This document shows positions 27,291 to 39,722 of a DNA stretch of 64,000 nucleotides, piece after piece. The notes under the pieces are model-generated. The model was given only the letters and a program-made list of their open reading frames with translations. It was not told the origin of the DNA and made no database searches. Within the stretch, counting starts at the first letter, position 1; every line of letters begins with the position of its first letter. The translations under genes were made by a program, and so were the position numbers. The DNA is from Thalia democratica (Eukaryota). The DNA is taken from positions 32,550,001 to 32,614,000 of the forward strand of contig OZ241826.1 of the NCBI GenBank assembly GCA_965202585.1. Direction: 5' to 3'.

Positions 27291-28474
27291 TTTAAAATCA
27301 ATAAAAGGCGTTTAAAAGCGAATGGCATAAGTTAGCGCCAGCTAAGTTTTTAGTTAAAAACGACACTTTCGTTTCACAAGCAAAGTTAGTGTGTGTTGTT
27401 TCAATAACAACAAAAGGAGCTGAGTTTTTTTTTTGAAAAAGGTTGCCACTGAAATTTTATTACATCAACTTGTGCATTTAAGTAATGCATAATTCAATTT
27501 AAAGTAAGTATACTTAAGTTGGTAACAGTTCTATATTTTAAATAGCTTTAGTTTCTATAAAGTATAGTGATAACAAGTGCTACTTAATATGTGTATTTAA
27601 TTAGTCATTAAGTTTTTGAACCTAAAAGTTTTTCTAAAACTGTAAATAAATAACATGTATCATTTACTCATATAAAAGTGTTTTTAACAAACAGCTTAGA
27701 ACTCACAAAAATTTATGCTTTATAACTGTTGTTGCTAAGCAGAAAATATGCTGTAATTACATTTAAACTTGTTTTCTGGTTATAGCCTTGGTAACTAAGT
27801 CAGTGGTTTTCAAAAACGCTGTGTACAGTAAATTAATGAAAATAAATACTCTGCACATAAGGCAGTAAAAATCATACATTTTCATAAATTACTTTTTTTT
27901 ATGTTTTGAGTGTCTTAATATATAGATACCTTATTAGAAATCCTTAGTTTATGTATTAGTGAACATTTTTTTACTAGAAAAAACAAAATTAGCGTCATCT
28001 AAACAATATTTCTTTATTCTTGAAAAATTGTAGGTGTTAATTAAGTAATTTCTGTTCAAAATATTATGCATAAATGTACACGAAGACCTCTGACATAAGT
28101 TATATAATGAAAGGAACCCACAAAATCAGTGTTTTGGCTGCAAAAACTAAAACAACAAGTAAAAAGATTTTCTAAAGTAAAGGTTTTATATTCAACATTT
28201 AAAACGTTTAAATTATCTCATATAAAAGTTTGTAAATACAAACTAAGTTTATTTTTTAATTAAATAAGTTAATTTTATTTAATTCTATTATTTATTTAAT
28301 TTAAAAATAAGTTAATTTTTAGTTTAAAAAACGTGCATCTTGATTAAAAATTTACAAAGATAGCAATAGTAATAGATTATTAAAGTTATCAAAAGCTGAA
28401 CTTAACAGTTATAAAACACAACATCAACTTACAACTCTTTTGCCGATAGAGTATCTGTTTTGTTATTATTTAGC

Positions 28475-28644
28475 CTAGGGATCAGATAACATTTGATTAT
28501 CGGGAAATATTTTTTAAAATATAAGTTATATCGCAGGCCACAGAATATGTAGTTTTAGTTTAAAACTTTTAGTTTGGTGTTCAGATCAGCATGCTCACGA
28601 GCCACATATTTTACACTTAATAGGCTGAAGTTTGCAGATTCATG
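28475..28644. mobile_element. Highly decayed hAT-type MITE
   Basis: TAGGGATCAGATAAC...CGCAGGCCAC...CGAGCCAC...AGTTTGCAGATTCATG resembles the Charlie-type MITE layout. Confidence 0.4.
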
Positions 28645-29163
28645 TTATAGACTTACTTTCATGATACATACTTTCAGCAGCAATAGGAATGATTGTATTT
28701 AAAACTAACTAACTGTTTTATGAGTCATTTAAAGTATGTCGAACTATCTATGTTTTCACTTTAAGTTAAAAAAACATGTTTGCACTCACTATGTTTTAAT
28801 AAGGACAACTTAAATTTGAGAAAATTCAATTGTCTTTTACGACACTTCTGTGTAACTTTCTTTATATACCATAACTCTTAACTTACCTAAAAATTATGTA
28901 ATTGTAAAAAGCGGTTTTATTTTTGTAACTAAGTCTCATTAGAACTAAAAAAAATTGTCGGTTTTTAGACTTTCTTATATAAATAAGTTTCCTCTACAAC
29001 TTAGTTTATTCTATTTAACTTCAGAACATTTAAAGAGGTTTTTATCAAAATAGGTTTAACGGAAATGTAATTTATAAAAGATAAATAAATGTAAGATAAA
29101 GTTTTTTTTATCTTTTTCATAGACTTTAATAACAAAGTTTACAGTTTCTTAATAGAGTCAAGA

Positions 29164-30667
29164 TAGGGGTGGGCAAAGTTTTCAAACAGAGGACCGGATC
29201 TTGAAAATCTTAGTCTTTAGCAGGCCGGAGCATTTAGAATTAATGATTTACCGGATCCAGTGTCAGAATCTGACCTAATAAAGTCTTTAAAACCCGCATT
29301 AAGCCGGGTCCTAATTAGAAAATATTTTTTGGAGACATCTTCTCACTTTTTTTCATTAAGAATCGGACCCGGCGGGGTCTTAATTTTTTCAAAAAGATTC
29401 GTATCTGGCTGGGCACTAATTTTATATATATGTTAGATCACTACTTTAATCCATTGATTTAGAAAAAATTATAAAATATAACTGAGTTTAGCAACAAAAA
29501 TTATATAACAAAGTAGCTTTAAGAACAAAACAATCAATTTTTTTAATAAGATTTTTAAAGTCTAGAAAAATTTATGAATTATACATTATCAGTAATGACT
29601 GCAGATTGCTAACAGTAAGATTTGAACGTTGCTTACTTTTGTTTATGTTGATGGTCGAAAGTTTGTTCACAAATATATGTTGTATCAAACATAACAAATA
29701 ACATCATTTCCATTAGTGTCAACTTAAAAAACTATGTCTTCTTAAATAATGCATAAAATTTTTCAATTCTGTAAGTTTTGAATTTTTGTTTGAGAGTGTT
29801 GTTACACCGACCTTCATTGTCAAACCAAACTCATTATTAATTGAAACTGTGATACTAATGTATTTATCTATTGATATCACTGATTGTTCTGTATTTAAAA
29901 AAGTTGTAAAATGCTTCAAATTGTTTTTTGTGAGATGTTGGTAGAACATTTTTAATTTAACCTTAATCCTGTTACTAAAGACTACATTTCCTTAAAAAAT
30001 TACCGTTTTCTGTTTGCTTCAAATACCAAAGCAAACTTAATGTGAATACAAAATTTGTGAATCATTTTTTATGTTTGAATTAATAAAAGTTTTATACCTT
30101 TCTTTTACTTCTTAAAATTTTTGAATTTGCGGTTTTTGTCCAAAACACGTCTTAAAACATTACCCCTAATTTTTTAAAATATAAAATTGAGCAGTTGGGT
30201 TGAAAGTATTTATGAATTTTCTATTAAAAAATAACTTTATTAATACTTATGCAAACAACTCTTTTATTTTGAAAAGGACTTACGTCTTAAATTTATCCCT
30301 TGTTTATTAGTTTTATTTAAGTAGTAGATTCACAAACATGAGTATGTAAAACATTAACTTAAAATAAACATTTAGCTTGGAATAAATTGACAAAAGATAT
30401 TTCAAATGAGTTTGAACAAAATAAAGTAATAGGACAACTTGGTGTTTTATCATTACACAAAAAGTTATAAAATTATTTTTAAATACACCTTTAACGTTTA
30501 ACTCTTACAATTTTATTTTGTAAAATTGTTATACAGCAATGTTTACAATTTTTGTTCTATTGAATTGGTGGGCTAGTAATTTCACTCGCGGGCCGTTTTC
30601 ATTGAGAATTTAAAACCGTTCGAGGCCATTCATTTTAACTCCGCTGATCGTTTGTTGCCCACACACA
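29164..30667 (-). mobile_element. Older copy of the same hAT family with transposase remnant
   Basis: Left end TAGGGGTGGGCAAA matches 26486 onward; right end GTTGCCCACAC matches 27170-27290. The internal frame NNLKHFTTF...KYISITVSINNEF resembles Buster/GTF2IRD2-type transposase. Confidence 0.65.
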
Positions 30668-33043
30668 AACAAAACTAATTATATAATACTTTTTTTTTAA
30701 ATTGAAAAAGTTTGAAACAAGTGTTTTGTACATCAGTGTTATTATTTAGCATCCAGTCACTTTTTGCTAATTTATAAAGTTTTGGAAGAATACACCAGTT
30801 ACATAAAAGCTCAGCAACGTACAACTCAGAAACCAATTGACTATGATATTAACATTAAATCAAGTAGTGCAAAAAAGATACTGATCTCTTTTAATTGTAA
30901 TTTTAATTTAAACGATCTTTTAGTTTTATTTTTTCTTGTTAGAACCTTTATATTTTTATAGTACATTTTTAAAATATAACGCAGCCCGCGAAGAAATTTT
31001 TTATCAAGTTCTGTTTGAAAAAAAAAAGACTTTCTAATATTTCTGGCCCATTGACTAGAAAAGTCGCTAATCTATAACTTAAAATAAACATGAAACACAA
31101 ACTAATTACCTAAACAAAATGCCACTAAAGTTAAGTTAAACAAAATATATGTTCTTTTTTGTTATTTGGATAAATAACAACAAAAAATGAAACTTTTAGA
31201 CCTATATTGACATTAAGTAGTCAATAAAAACTAAATAGAATTCAACAGTTATCATAATTATGTATTAGTGAAAATTCTCAAAAACGTTTACTTACAAATA
31301 TAAGGTTACATAAAAGTCTAATTAAACACTTAAATTAACACAAGTAATGCTAACATCGACCAATCTTCTTAATACCAGATGTTTAGTACACAATCTTAAT
31401 AGTACTTATCAACGTTTTTCTACAATACTCTACAAAAAATTTATAAGTTTGTTTAGTATATTAATCAAGAATGGTTATTTTACGTTGTTTTTACATCACC
31501 GTTAGGACACTTCTTGATATTTAAAAAAAATGACTTGAAATCAAGAAAACTTACAAAAAGTGATAAAAACTACATAAAATTAAAACTAAGCAGTTCTTCA
31601 TATTTTTTTAAATCGTCTTAATTCCTGCACAATTAGCTTTCGTGATAACTGTCTTTAAACATCAAGCCAAAATCTTTAACGTCGCATTTTTCGGTGCATG
31701 CATTTTGTATTGGGTAGGTTTTCAGAAAATTGAATGGTGCCAAGGTAAAAGTCTTTTCAATTATTCTAAAATTTTGCACAAAGTTTTTTTTTGGTGTTTT
31801 GCCAAAATAATTTTTTTTTAGCTAAAAACTTTTAGAATCCCATACTTATAAGCACCCTAGTCACCATTACTAAGTATATATCAGCTGACATAACAACAAA
31901 ATGTATAAAACATGAATTTATCTATTTATAATTAAAATTTAAGATAATTTTTGCTAAACAAAAAGTTGTGAATAAGAGTTTTGGAAAGTTATCAGTATAA
32001 CTCTGGTATATTTTATTACAGTGTAAGTTGTTTAAGCTTCCTAATCATCTATGTCATAAAAGTATTATAAAATGCTGAGTAGACCTTAATTGGTTTTTTA
32101 ATGATGACAACGGTTACATGACAATTCAAATACGGACTATTCAAACTCCGACAGCTCAAATTCTGATAATGTAAGTTGTTAGAAAAATATTCAAGAGACC
32201 ATGTCTCAAAAGGTAATATATGTTTAAAAAAAAATTGTGTAGTTTTCATTTATATTTACAAGCTATTTTTTATTTATTGCAAAATCATAAACTATTTTTG
32301 AGATATTTAAAAATTACTATAATTTAAAGCTTATTTTATTTATATCTCTAGAAATATTTGAAACTTTTTCAAAACAAAAAAATATCTTCTAGATATAAAT
32401 AAGACCAACACTAATATTTTTTTTAATATCTGCATTACTTTTTGACTTGGTTTTCAAGAATTTGAGTTGACAGAATTTGAATTGTTTTAATTTAAATTTT
32501 AGTGCACCCGTTAACAGTATTTTGTTTTTTTGTACAAATGTGTTTATATGTATTTAACAAACAAAAAATAACTTAAATTAACCTTTTAAACAGTTTAATT
32601 TGGTTTCTAAACTTAAAGAAGTTAGGCAATCGGTAAATCAATTTGTGCAGTGTTGAGAGATTTGAATAGTTTATTGAAAGATTTTTTTACTGTGTTAGCT
32701 AATAGTGATACCTTGAATAAATTCTAAAACTAGCACAGCTTTTGTTTTGATATAACTTTAGATATCAAAACTATAAATACCTTTATTGGCTTTACTACAA
32801 ACAAATAAATCAAGTTATTATTTAATAAATTAAAGTAACGTGGAACAGATACACTCGTCCAAGACCACACCACGTTTCAACAAACCAAAAGCTGTAGTCT
32901 AATGAGGCAGTAAAACTTTCACCAACTCCGAAGTTTTAAGGTTAATTTAAAAATTATAAACATAAACATATATTAACCTTAAATGTGTCAATAATTTTTT
33001 AATAAGTTAGTTTTTTGTTAATATAGTACATATTATTGTTTAC

Positions 33044-33320
33044 GAGTGTGAAGTTAACTTGACCTCGTTTTTCAAGAATTTTTATAAAATGTTTAAACCT
33101 TGGACTTAATTATTTTCCCTATCTTAAAAGCTAGCTAACCATTTTTTTTTGTATTCTAGAGAACGGTCCTTTGCCTTTAACTTGAAAATCCATTGGATTG
33201 GTGTTTGGTATTTTTAATGGGGCCTCTTAGAAAAAATTGGGTTTTTTATGATTTTATTTATTTTATGAATTCGAGTAAAATTTAAAAATAAAAACAATTT
33301 TTCTTTTAAATCTTCTTATT
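33044..33320 (+). mobile_element. Partial left arm of the same foldback family
   Basis: GAGTGTGAAGTTAAC...GAGAACGGTCCTTTGCCTTTAA...AATGGGGCC matches 37982-38170. Confidence 0.7.
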
Positions 33321-34049
33321 AATATGTGAATTAACGGCTTTATTATTTTTTACTAACTGTCAATGTTTTGTACAATAAAGCCTTACTTCAATCTTTTACA
33401 ATCTGGCCATTTTTTTACTCAAACTCATAAAACAAACAAATTCATAAAAAAGCTAACTAAAGTTGTTACATTTTCTCTCATTTTGTCCTTCAACTGAAGC
33501 CCTTGCGAGGGGTTTCTATTACTATGTATTTTTTTGTTAAATGAACTTCAAAAATTTAAATACATGTGATTTCAAAAAATTAATCAAGCATTGCTTTATA
33601 CCATGAATTTTGTGAAAGATAAAAAATTTTAAAATGAAAAAAATTATATACAGCATTACTTCAAAACACAGTTGATTTATTAGTGTTAAATTACTCTAAT
33701 AAACTTTTCTCTGCGTCAGCTGCCGCTTTACTCATCATCCTCTGTACCGTTCTCTCTCACTTTGAAATGTCGCTGATACTGCTTTCCTATCCGTCTTGAC
33801 CAACCCTCTTATCACTGCATTCAAATGTCGTCGCTTATGCTCATGATTGAATCAGGTGCCGTGACTGGTCGTTTCATCTTCTACTACCTTGCTCTTAAAG
33901 GCAGTGTTTTCTGAAATTTAACTCACAGGTATTTTTTTTATCTGTGGTGCTCTCTGAAACAATTTTCACATAAATTTTCTCATCTGTGGTGCTCTCTAAC
34001 ACTTATTTCACTGGAATTTTCTTATCTTTGGTGCTTACTGTTATTCATT

Positions 34050-34949
34050 AAAGTTTATTGCAAACAAAATACAAAATAGAAGTACTTTTCGGACACGCTC
34101 TTCAGTATTTTTTCGTGTCAAAACAAGCTGAAATAATGATTAACTGATAAAAACTAATAAAACTAAGTATTTAAGAAAACAAATTAAATTTAACACAATA
34201 GTAGTAATTAACAAATTAAGGCAATCGTTTAATCAGAAATAATATAAATGTAACACAACTTTACTAATCAACTAATTTAAGTTCAACGAATTAAACAAAA
34301 TGGTCGAATAAACAAATTTCTTTTGTTTACAGAGCTCTGGCTTTAAGCTTAAAATGTATATAGCTTCTAAAGTTTTTAGGTGAAATTCATTACGAGCAAC
34401 TGATATTATTTTGAAGTTGTCCACTTTGTAGTTTTCGACACACTTAGGATTAGTAATCAGGTGTTGACCAATCGCTGAACTACTATTTAGTTTTTCCAAA
34501 TCATCAAATTTCTTTTCGTCGTTACATGACTTCATCTTGTTTAAAAGGTTTTTTGGTATATGTTGGTTAATTCTTGCAATCAAATTGTTACTCGTTCTAC
34601 CCACGTATGTTTTTTTACATAAACATACAAATTTGTAAATTACATTGCTGGTGTTTAGGGTGGGTAATTTATCTTTGTTTTTAATCTGAAACAGTTTATT
34701 GGTTGAGTATACTATTCGTAAATTAACAGATCTATAGCCATTTTCTACTATTTTCTTCAAATTATTATGCAAAACTGTATTCTGATTGTATGGCAACTTA
34801 AGGTATACCGGACACTTTTTTGGACCAAATTTTATTGACTTAAACCTTGTCTTTGTTTTTTGTATTGTGTTCTTTATTATGTCTAGAGGGTAACCTAAAG
34901 TCGCAAAGATTCTTTCCACATTTGATAATTCTGTTTCTAAATATTTTTC
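34050..34949 (-). mobile_element. 5'-truncated Penelope-like retroelement (PLE)
   Basis: Encodes the RT C-terminal region plus GIY-YIG endonuclease. Flanked by the 13-bp direct repeat ACTGTTATTCATT (34037-34049, 34950-34962). The 3' end has a hammerhead motif and an AATAAA. Confidence 0.88.
34073..34111 (-). ncRNA. Minimal type I hammerhead ribozyme motif
   Basis: Minus strand reads AAAATA-CTGAAGA-GCGTGTCC-GAAAAGTACTT-C-TATTTT. It has a 6-bp stem I, the CUGANGA and GAAA core, a palindromic stem III (AAGTACTT) and a UUC cleavage triplet. Stem II is only about 1 bp. Confidence 0.75.
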
Positions 34950-34961
34950 ACTGTTATTCAT
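34272..34961 (-). CDS. PLE RT-thumb/GIY-YIG endonuclease fragment, 229 aa, uninterrupted
   Basis: VIYKFVCLCKKTYVGRT...RINQH, SSAIGQHL and LEAIYI...KPELCKQ match the Penelope-type GIY-YIG layout. EL..VERIFATLGYP is typical of the PLE RT C-terminus. The first four codons come from the TSD. Confidence 0.8.
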   Translation of the reverse strand: MNNSEKYLETELSNVERIFATLGYPLDIIKNTIQKTKTRFKSIKFGPKKCPVYLKLPYNQNTVLHNNLKKIVENGYRSVNLRIVYSTNKLFQIKNKDKLPTLNTSNVIYKFVCLCKKTYVGRTSNNLIARINQHIPKNLLNKMKSCNDEKKFDDLEKLNSSSAIGQHLITNPKCVENYKVDNFKIISVARNEFHLKTLEAIYILSLKPELCKQKKFVYSTILFNSLNLN

Positions 34962-35940
34962 TTCACAGGAATTTTCTCATCTGTGGTGCTCTCTGATACT
35001 TATTTCTAGAAATGCCTTAATCTGTGGTGCTCTCTGACACATATTTAATAGGATTTTTCTCATCTGTGGTGTTTTCAGACACTTATTTCAGAAGACTTTT
35101 CTCATTGATCAAAGGGTTATGTGAGCAACACTAACTAAGAAAACATTGTTCAGATACCAACCATCAAAACTTGCAAAAAGCTTTTCAAGGTTAAGTTTAC
35201 AATTAAGACAATAAAAGATTGGTCAAAAATATGTTTGTTCAATTTAAATTCTAATTTTATCATCGTTCAGGTACATAACTATATTTTAATTTTATTTAAC
35301 TGATTTAAGTTTAATTAAAAAACTATCTAACAATAATTTAAAGAAATTTTTTTTTGTCATTCCAACAATAAAAAAAGATAAGATTAAGGTAAAACAAAGT
35401 TCCACAATGAACAAAAATGCATCAAAGTTTGTAAAAAAACAATAAAAATATATTTTTAAAATAAAACTTAGTTGCTAAAAAAAACTTTTTAAAAAGAATG
35501 AAAGTTACAAATGTTTTAACCCTGTAAAAATTGAAAATTTGTTAAAAAACTGATCTTAATGTTGCGCTCAATTTTTACAAAATATTAAACAAACAAATTA
35601 AAAGAATACAATCTTACTAAATGTTATAAAATAAAAAGTTTCTGCAGAACACTTAAGAATTTTTTTTTTAGTCGTTAGTAAAATGTTATTCTTATAAAAA
35701 ATGAGTTTTTATAAAACTAAAAAATCAAAGCTGCTCTTACCCTTATTCACTTTAAAAAACGTACAAAAATTTTAAAAATCGAAACATTTTCAACAAAATA
35801 TAAATAACTTTAAACTAACAAGAAAAAGATAGTCTCATTAAAAACTAAAATATTTTTCTAAATTAGAGACTGATTTTCTTTTAAACATTTGCTAAGAAAC
35901 CGAATTTAAGATGGTTAAAACCTACTAAACTGATATTCAT

Positions 35941-36630
35941 CTGAAAACTTTTTGAAAATAATTTGATTTTTGATGAGTTAATAATGAAACGCTCTGCATA
36001 ATTGAAACTACCATTTTCTCTCTCAGGTTGTTCGGTCTGTTTTCTCATTATTGATATCACATGAGTTTTTTTGTGAAATGAAAGCTTTTACATTTCTTCT
36101 TTCCGGTTGGCAAACTTTGGTATTTCCCTGTGTATTGAGGGTTGCCTTACATAAGCGAAAAGATTCTATATTACATCATACCTATTTTATTATTGACTTG
36201 ACCTCATTGTTCTCTGATTAGCCTGATCTTCCTGACTTACCTATCTAGTCAATTCAAGATTTTGAAGCTTGAATTGGTGAAGTTCTTTTTCTAGTAACTT
36301 AGATGCTTTCTAATTCCCCAACTTTTCATTTTAGAATTTTAGTTCTCTTGTTTATTCTTCAAAAGATTTAGTCAAGGGGTTGGAAACTCTTGTCCTATCT
36401 TGCTTTCAGCCTGAACTTCTAACTGTACTGTTGCCTTACTAATCTACCTCACTGGGATTTGGGACACTGACCCTATCTAGGTTGTTACCTGAAATTCTTA
36501 AAAACCTGTTGCCTGAATGATTTGCCATTGTTGCATTATTAACATTTCCTTAACTAGAAAGCTGGGTTACAAAATCTGAGTCACCAATTGTAACGGTAAT
36601 GGCCAGTCTTAAGGGACTACTTTTATACAT
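35941..36630 (-). pseudogene. Decayed ORF, ~230 codons in one frame, coiled-coil-like middle
   Basis: Starts ATG (MYKSSPLRLAIT...) and includes KLLEKELHQFKLQNLELTR. 12 in-frame stops between 36630 and 36001 (7 TAA, 4 TAG, 1 TGA). Confidence 0.4.
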
Positions 36631-37981
36631 AGACCTAATTTACTTTTTATAGAATTAAATACTATAGCTACAGAGTTACAAATAGTTTGATCTTTTTATT
36701 TAAATCAATAACAGCAATGGGAAACAACAATTTATAAACAATATATACAGAATAAGTGCAAAAACAGCATATATGAACAACTCAATAAAACAAAACATTA
36801 ACCGCAAATACACAAAAATGGCCTAAAACTAAAACAAAATTTAATAAGGGCAAACATGTTACAAAATAAGTATTTAGATCAAAACTTCTGAAACATCCTG
36901 AAGCCTTTTTTTTAATGAAACTTTGACATTCGAATTTAATAACAAATAATAGTTGAAGTCTTGTCAATTTTTTACTTTGATTGTAGTTAACAAAAGTTAG
37001 GATTGTTTACGTCAATATTTACTAACCTAACAATAAGAACTGCACATTTTCTTTGTAATTTTGAATTAAAATCTTTATATTTGTTAATTAAATTTATCTC
37101 CTTACTGACTTTTTTATTCAATTAACGTTTATTATTAAGTGTTTTAAGACTTTTTTCAAAATTTTAGTTTTTACAACTTAGAAATAATAAAGATTTTTAG
37201 TTTTAGTTTCTTTGACATCTCACCTGACGTGTTAATATAAACTGAATATAAAAAAGTTTTATATTTATTTAAATAGTTTTGTGAAATTTATTAATTCAAC
37301 AGACTTATAGCCTAAATTTATAAAATTGTAAAATATAAGATCTAATTTTTTAGCTTAAGCACCATGACTGGTATTTTTTGCAGCTTTTACATGTTTTTAT
37401 AAAAATGATTTTGTGCAAAGGTTTTGAGTTTTTGTTGTTTACAGACAAGAAAGTTAAATATTAATTGTTCTGTTTTAAGACATTATTTTTGGTTAAGCGT
37501 GTAGAACTTTTAAACTGAATCTGACTGTTGAAATAGTTTAAATTATATATTTTTCCACTGCTGAACAAAAACGTTTGCTTTTAATTGTTTATATACCATC
37601 AGTCGTAACTAAAAAATTAAAATTTTTTTTGTCATTAACTTTTTATTAATTTTCTGAAACAACGTAAGTTATTGTTACTACTAATCTTTATAAAAACTTA
37701 AAAGTAGTTAAGATTTACTCACTTATAAAAGTAATTAATAAAAACTGTAAAATAAATAAAAAACATAAAATGATAACTTTCGCATCCTTTTATTCAGGAA
37801 CTGCTTGTGGTTGACATGAATTCTGTTGAAGTAACACAATTAGAGGGCTAAACTCTGCTTAAAAATGTTGGTTGTAGGAATAACTTGTCACTGTATGATT
37901 ATTGATACAGATAAATAACTTATTTTCGGGTAAAACTGTGTTTTTATTGACACCAGAATATGGTTATAACGTTCTTTTAAT

Positions 37982-38871
37982 GAGCGTGAACTTAGCTTGT
38001 TAGCTGTTTTTGAAATTTTATAAAAATGTCCAAACTTAAGACCCAATTATGTCCTTTTCTTAGTAGCTAATTAAAAACTTTTTTTTTTATTCTGAAGAAC
38101 GGTCCTTTGTCTTTAATTAAAGAAGTTCTATTGAACTGGGGTTTGACTTTTTGAATGGGCCCCTTTAAATTTTTTTATTTTTTCTATTTTTTTATTTATA
38201 CAACCTTTTCTTAAAAATGATTATTTTTTTCAAAATTTTTTTCTTAAACATACTTATCAAAATGAGTTTAATGATGCATTAAACTTTTTTTTCAATTTTT
38301 TTTTATACCATAAGCCTGAATAAACTTTTCAAAAAAATTCCACTTTCGCAAGATTTTTGTTTTTCAGATACACAACCTTTTATGCAAAAATAAAATATTT
38401 TTTTAGTAATTTTTATTTTCAACAGACTTGTACAGTTATGTTTTGTGATGTTGTGATATTTTATGATGTTGGTTCTAAATCTGAAAAAAAAAATCATGCA
38501 AAATTGGAATTTTTCTGAAAAGTTTATTGAGGCTTATGGTATAAAAAAAAAAGAAAAAAAAAAGTTTATAGCATCATTTAACTCATTTAAATAAGTATGC
38601 TAAAAAAAATTTTAATGAAAAAAAAAACTAATATTTTTAAGAAAAGGTTGTATAAATAAAAAACTAAAAAAAAACACAAAATTTTTAAAGGGACCCCATT
38701 CAAAAAGTCAAACCCCAATTCAATGGATTTTTTTTTAAATTAAAGACAAAGGACCGTTCTTTAGAAAAAAATAAAAAAAAAATAGCTATTAAGATAAGGA
38801 CATAATTGGGTCTTAAATTTGGATATTTCTATAAAATTCCTTAAAAACGCTCTGAAGCTAACTTTAAGCTC
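37982..38871. mobile_element. Large foldback element, ~370-bp inverted arms, GAG...CTC termini (Sola/Mutator-like, unassigned)
   Basis: AAGACCCAATTATGTCC, GAACGGTCCTTTGTCTTTAAT and ATACCATAAGCC recur as reverse complements in 38490-38871. Confidence 0.85.
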
Positions 38872-39084
38872 GTCTTCTTTTATCTAATAACAAATACTTA
38901 TATACAAATGATTTTCAATATTGAATTTCAATTGAGCCTGCTCTAGAAACTCATTACAACTAAACACAAAACATTCTACAATTTTCTTTTTTAGATTGTC
39001 TGGGGCATGCACAATCATAAAGTATTAGTTATATCTTCCTTAGTTGCCTGCCCTTGCCCATTGTTTCACTGACAAAAACGAGTT

Positions 39085-39722
39085 TTAGAATTTTACTGGT
39101 CTCGGCCATGATGGGCTCAAACCTAAGATACAAGGCAACTTACTACCTTTGCCTTTTAGAAATTTAAAAAGACTGTAGAATATTCTATTCTCATCATAAG
39201 CTTCAACGAAGTCAATTATGTCATGACGAGGCCAGATTCTTTGAAGAAATTTAAACGTCTCGGTGTCATCAGTAATGCCATAAGCACAACACCTACCCTC
39301 AAAAAACCTTAATTCGATGACAGGGTTCCGTATGACCTCAATCTGGGAAAAAAAGTTTGCAGTTTGCTAGAGTTTTTGTTTCGAATTGCTGTTTTATGTA
39401 GTCCCTGTAGTTTGCGAAATGTTATATTAAAAGCTGCTGCTACAGTAACTTCTTTTACTTTTGGGTTTGTTTTGACCCTCATCTGACCTATTGTAAAGTG
39501 AATTTAGTTCCTTTTTTAAGGTGATTTTGTTTCATAAATATCTAGCTTGGGCTACTATTTTGTAAGTTCCTTTATCTCCAAGTCTTTCTCCTCTAGAAAA
39601 TTTTCATAATCTAAAGACTGCTTCTGTCTATTGGCCTGTACATTTTCATCAATAGTGTGCTGACTGTATATACTCAAATTATGAATGTTGATTCTAATGA
39701 CCCCTTATAGCTATTGAGTTAT
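39085..39722 (-). pseudogene. Decayed retrotransposon gag-like ORF (coiled coil, frameshift near 39350, then capsid-like segment)
   Basis: FLEEKDLEIKELTK** coiled-coil frame, then ELRFFEGRCCAYGITDDTETFKFLQRIWPRHDIIDFV...YSLFKFLK, which by eye resembles the Ty3/Gypsy gag motif (E.W/F...GI.DD..KF). Confidence 0.45.

Larger units (their letters stand above)
33925..35105. repeat. ~40-bp minisatellite (consensus about TTTTCTCATCTGTGGTGCTCTCTGACACTTATTTCACAGGAA), 6-7 units, interrupted by the PLE
   Basis: About 3 units at 33925-34049 and 3-4 units at 34950-35105. Removing the PLE and one TSD copy restores a degenerate unit. Confidence 0.85.

Noticed and set aside
33925-35105. CRISPR-like repeat array beside a nuclease ORF
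   Set aside because: Units are head-to-tail minisatellite copies without unique spacers, the nuclease is a Penelope GIY-YIG, and the context is eukaryotic.
37798-37851. Terminal-exon-like segment ELLVVDMNSVEVTQLEG*
   Set aside because: Good acceptor but no upstream partner exon found; resemblance to the homeobox last exon is limited to three residues.
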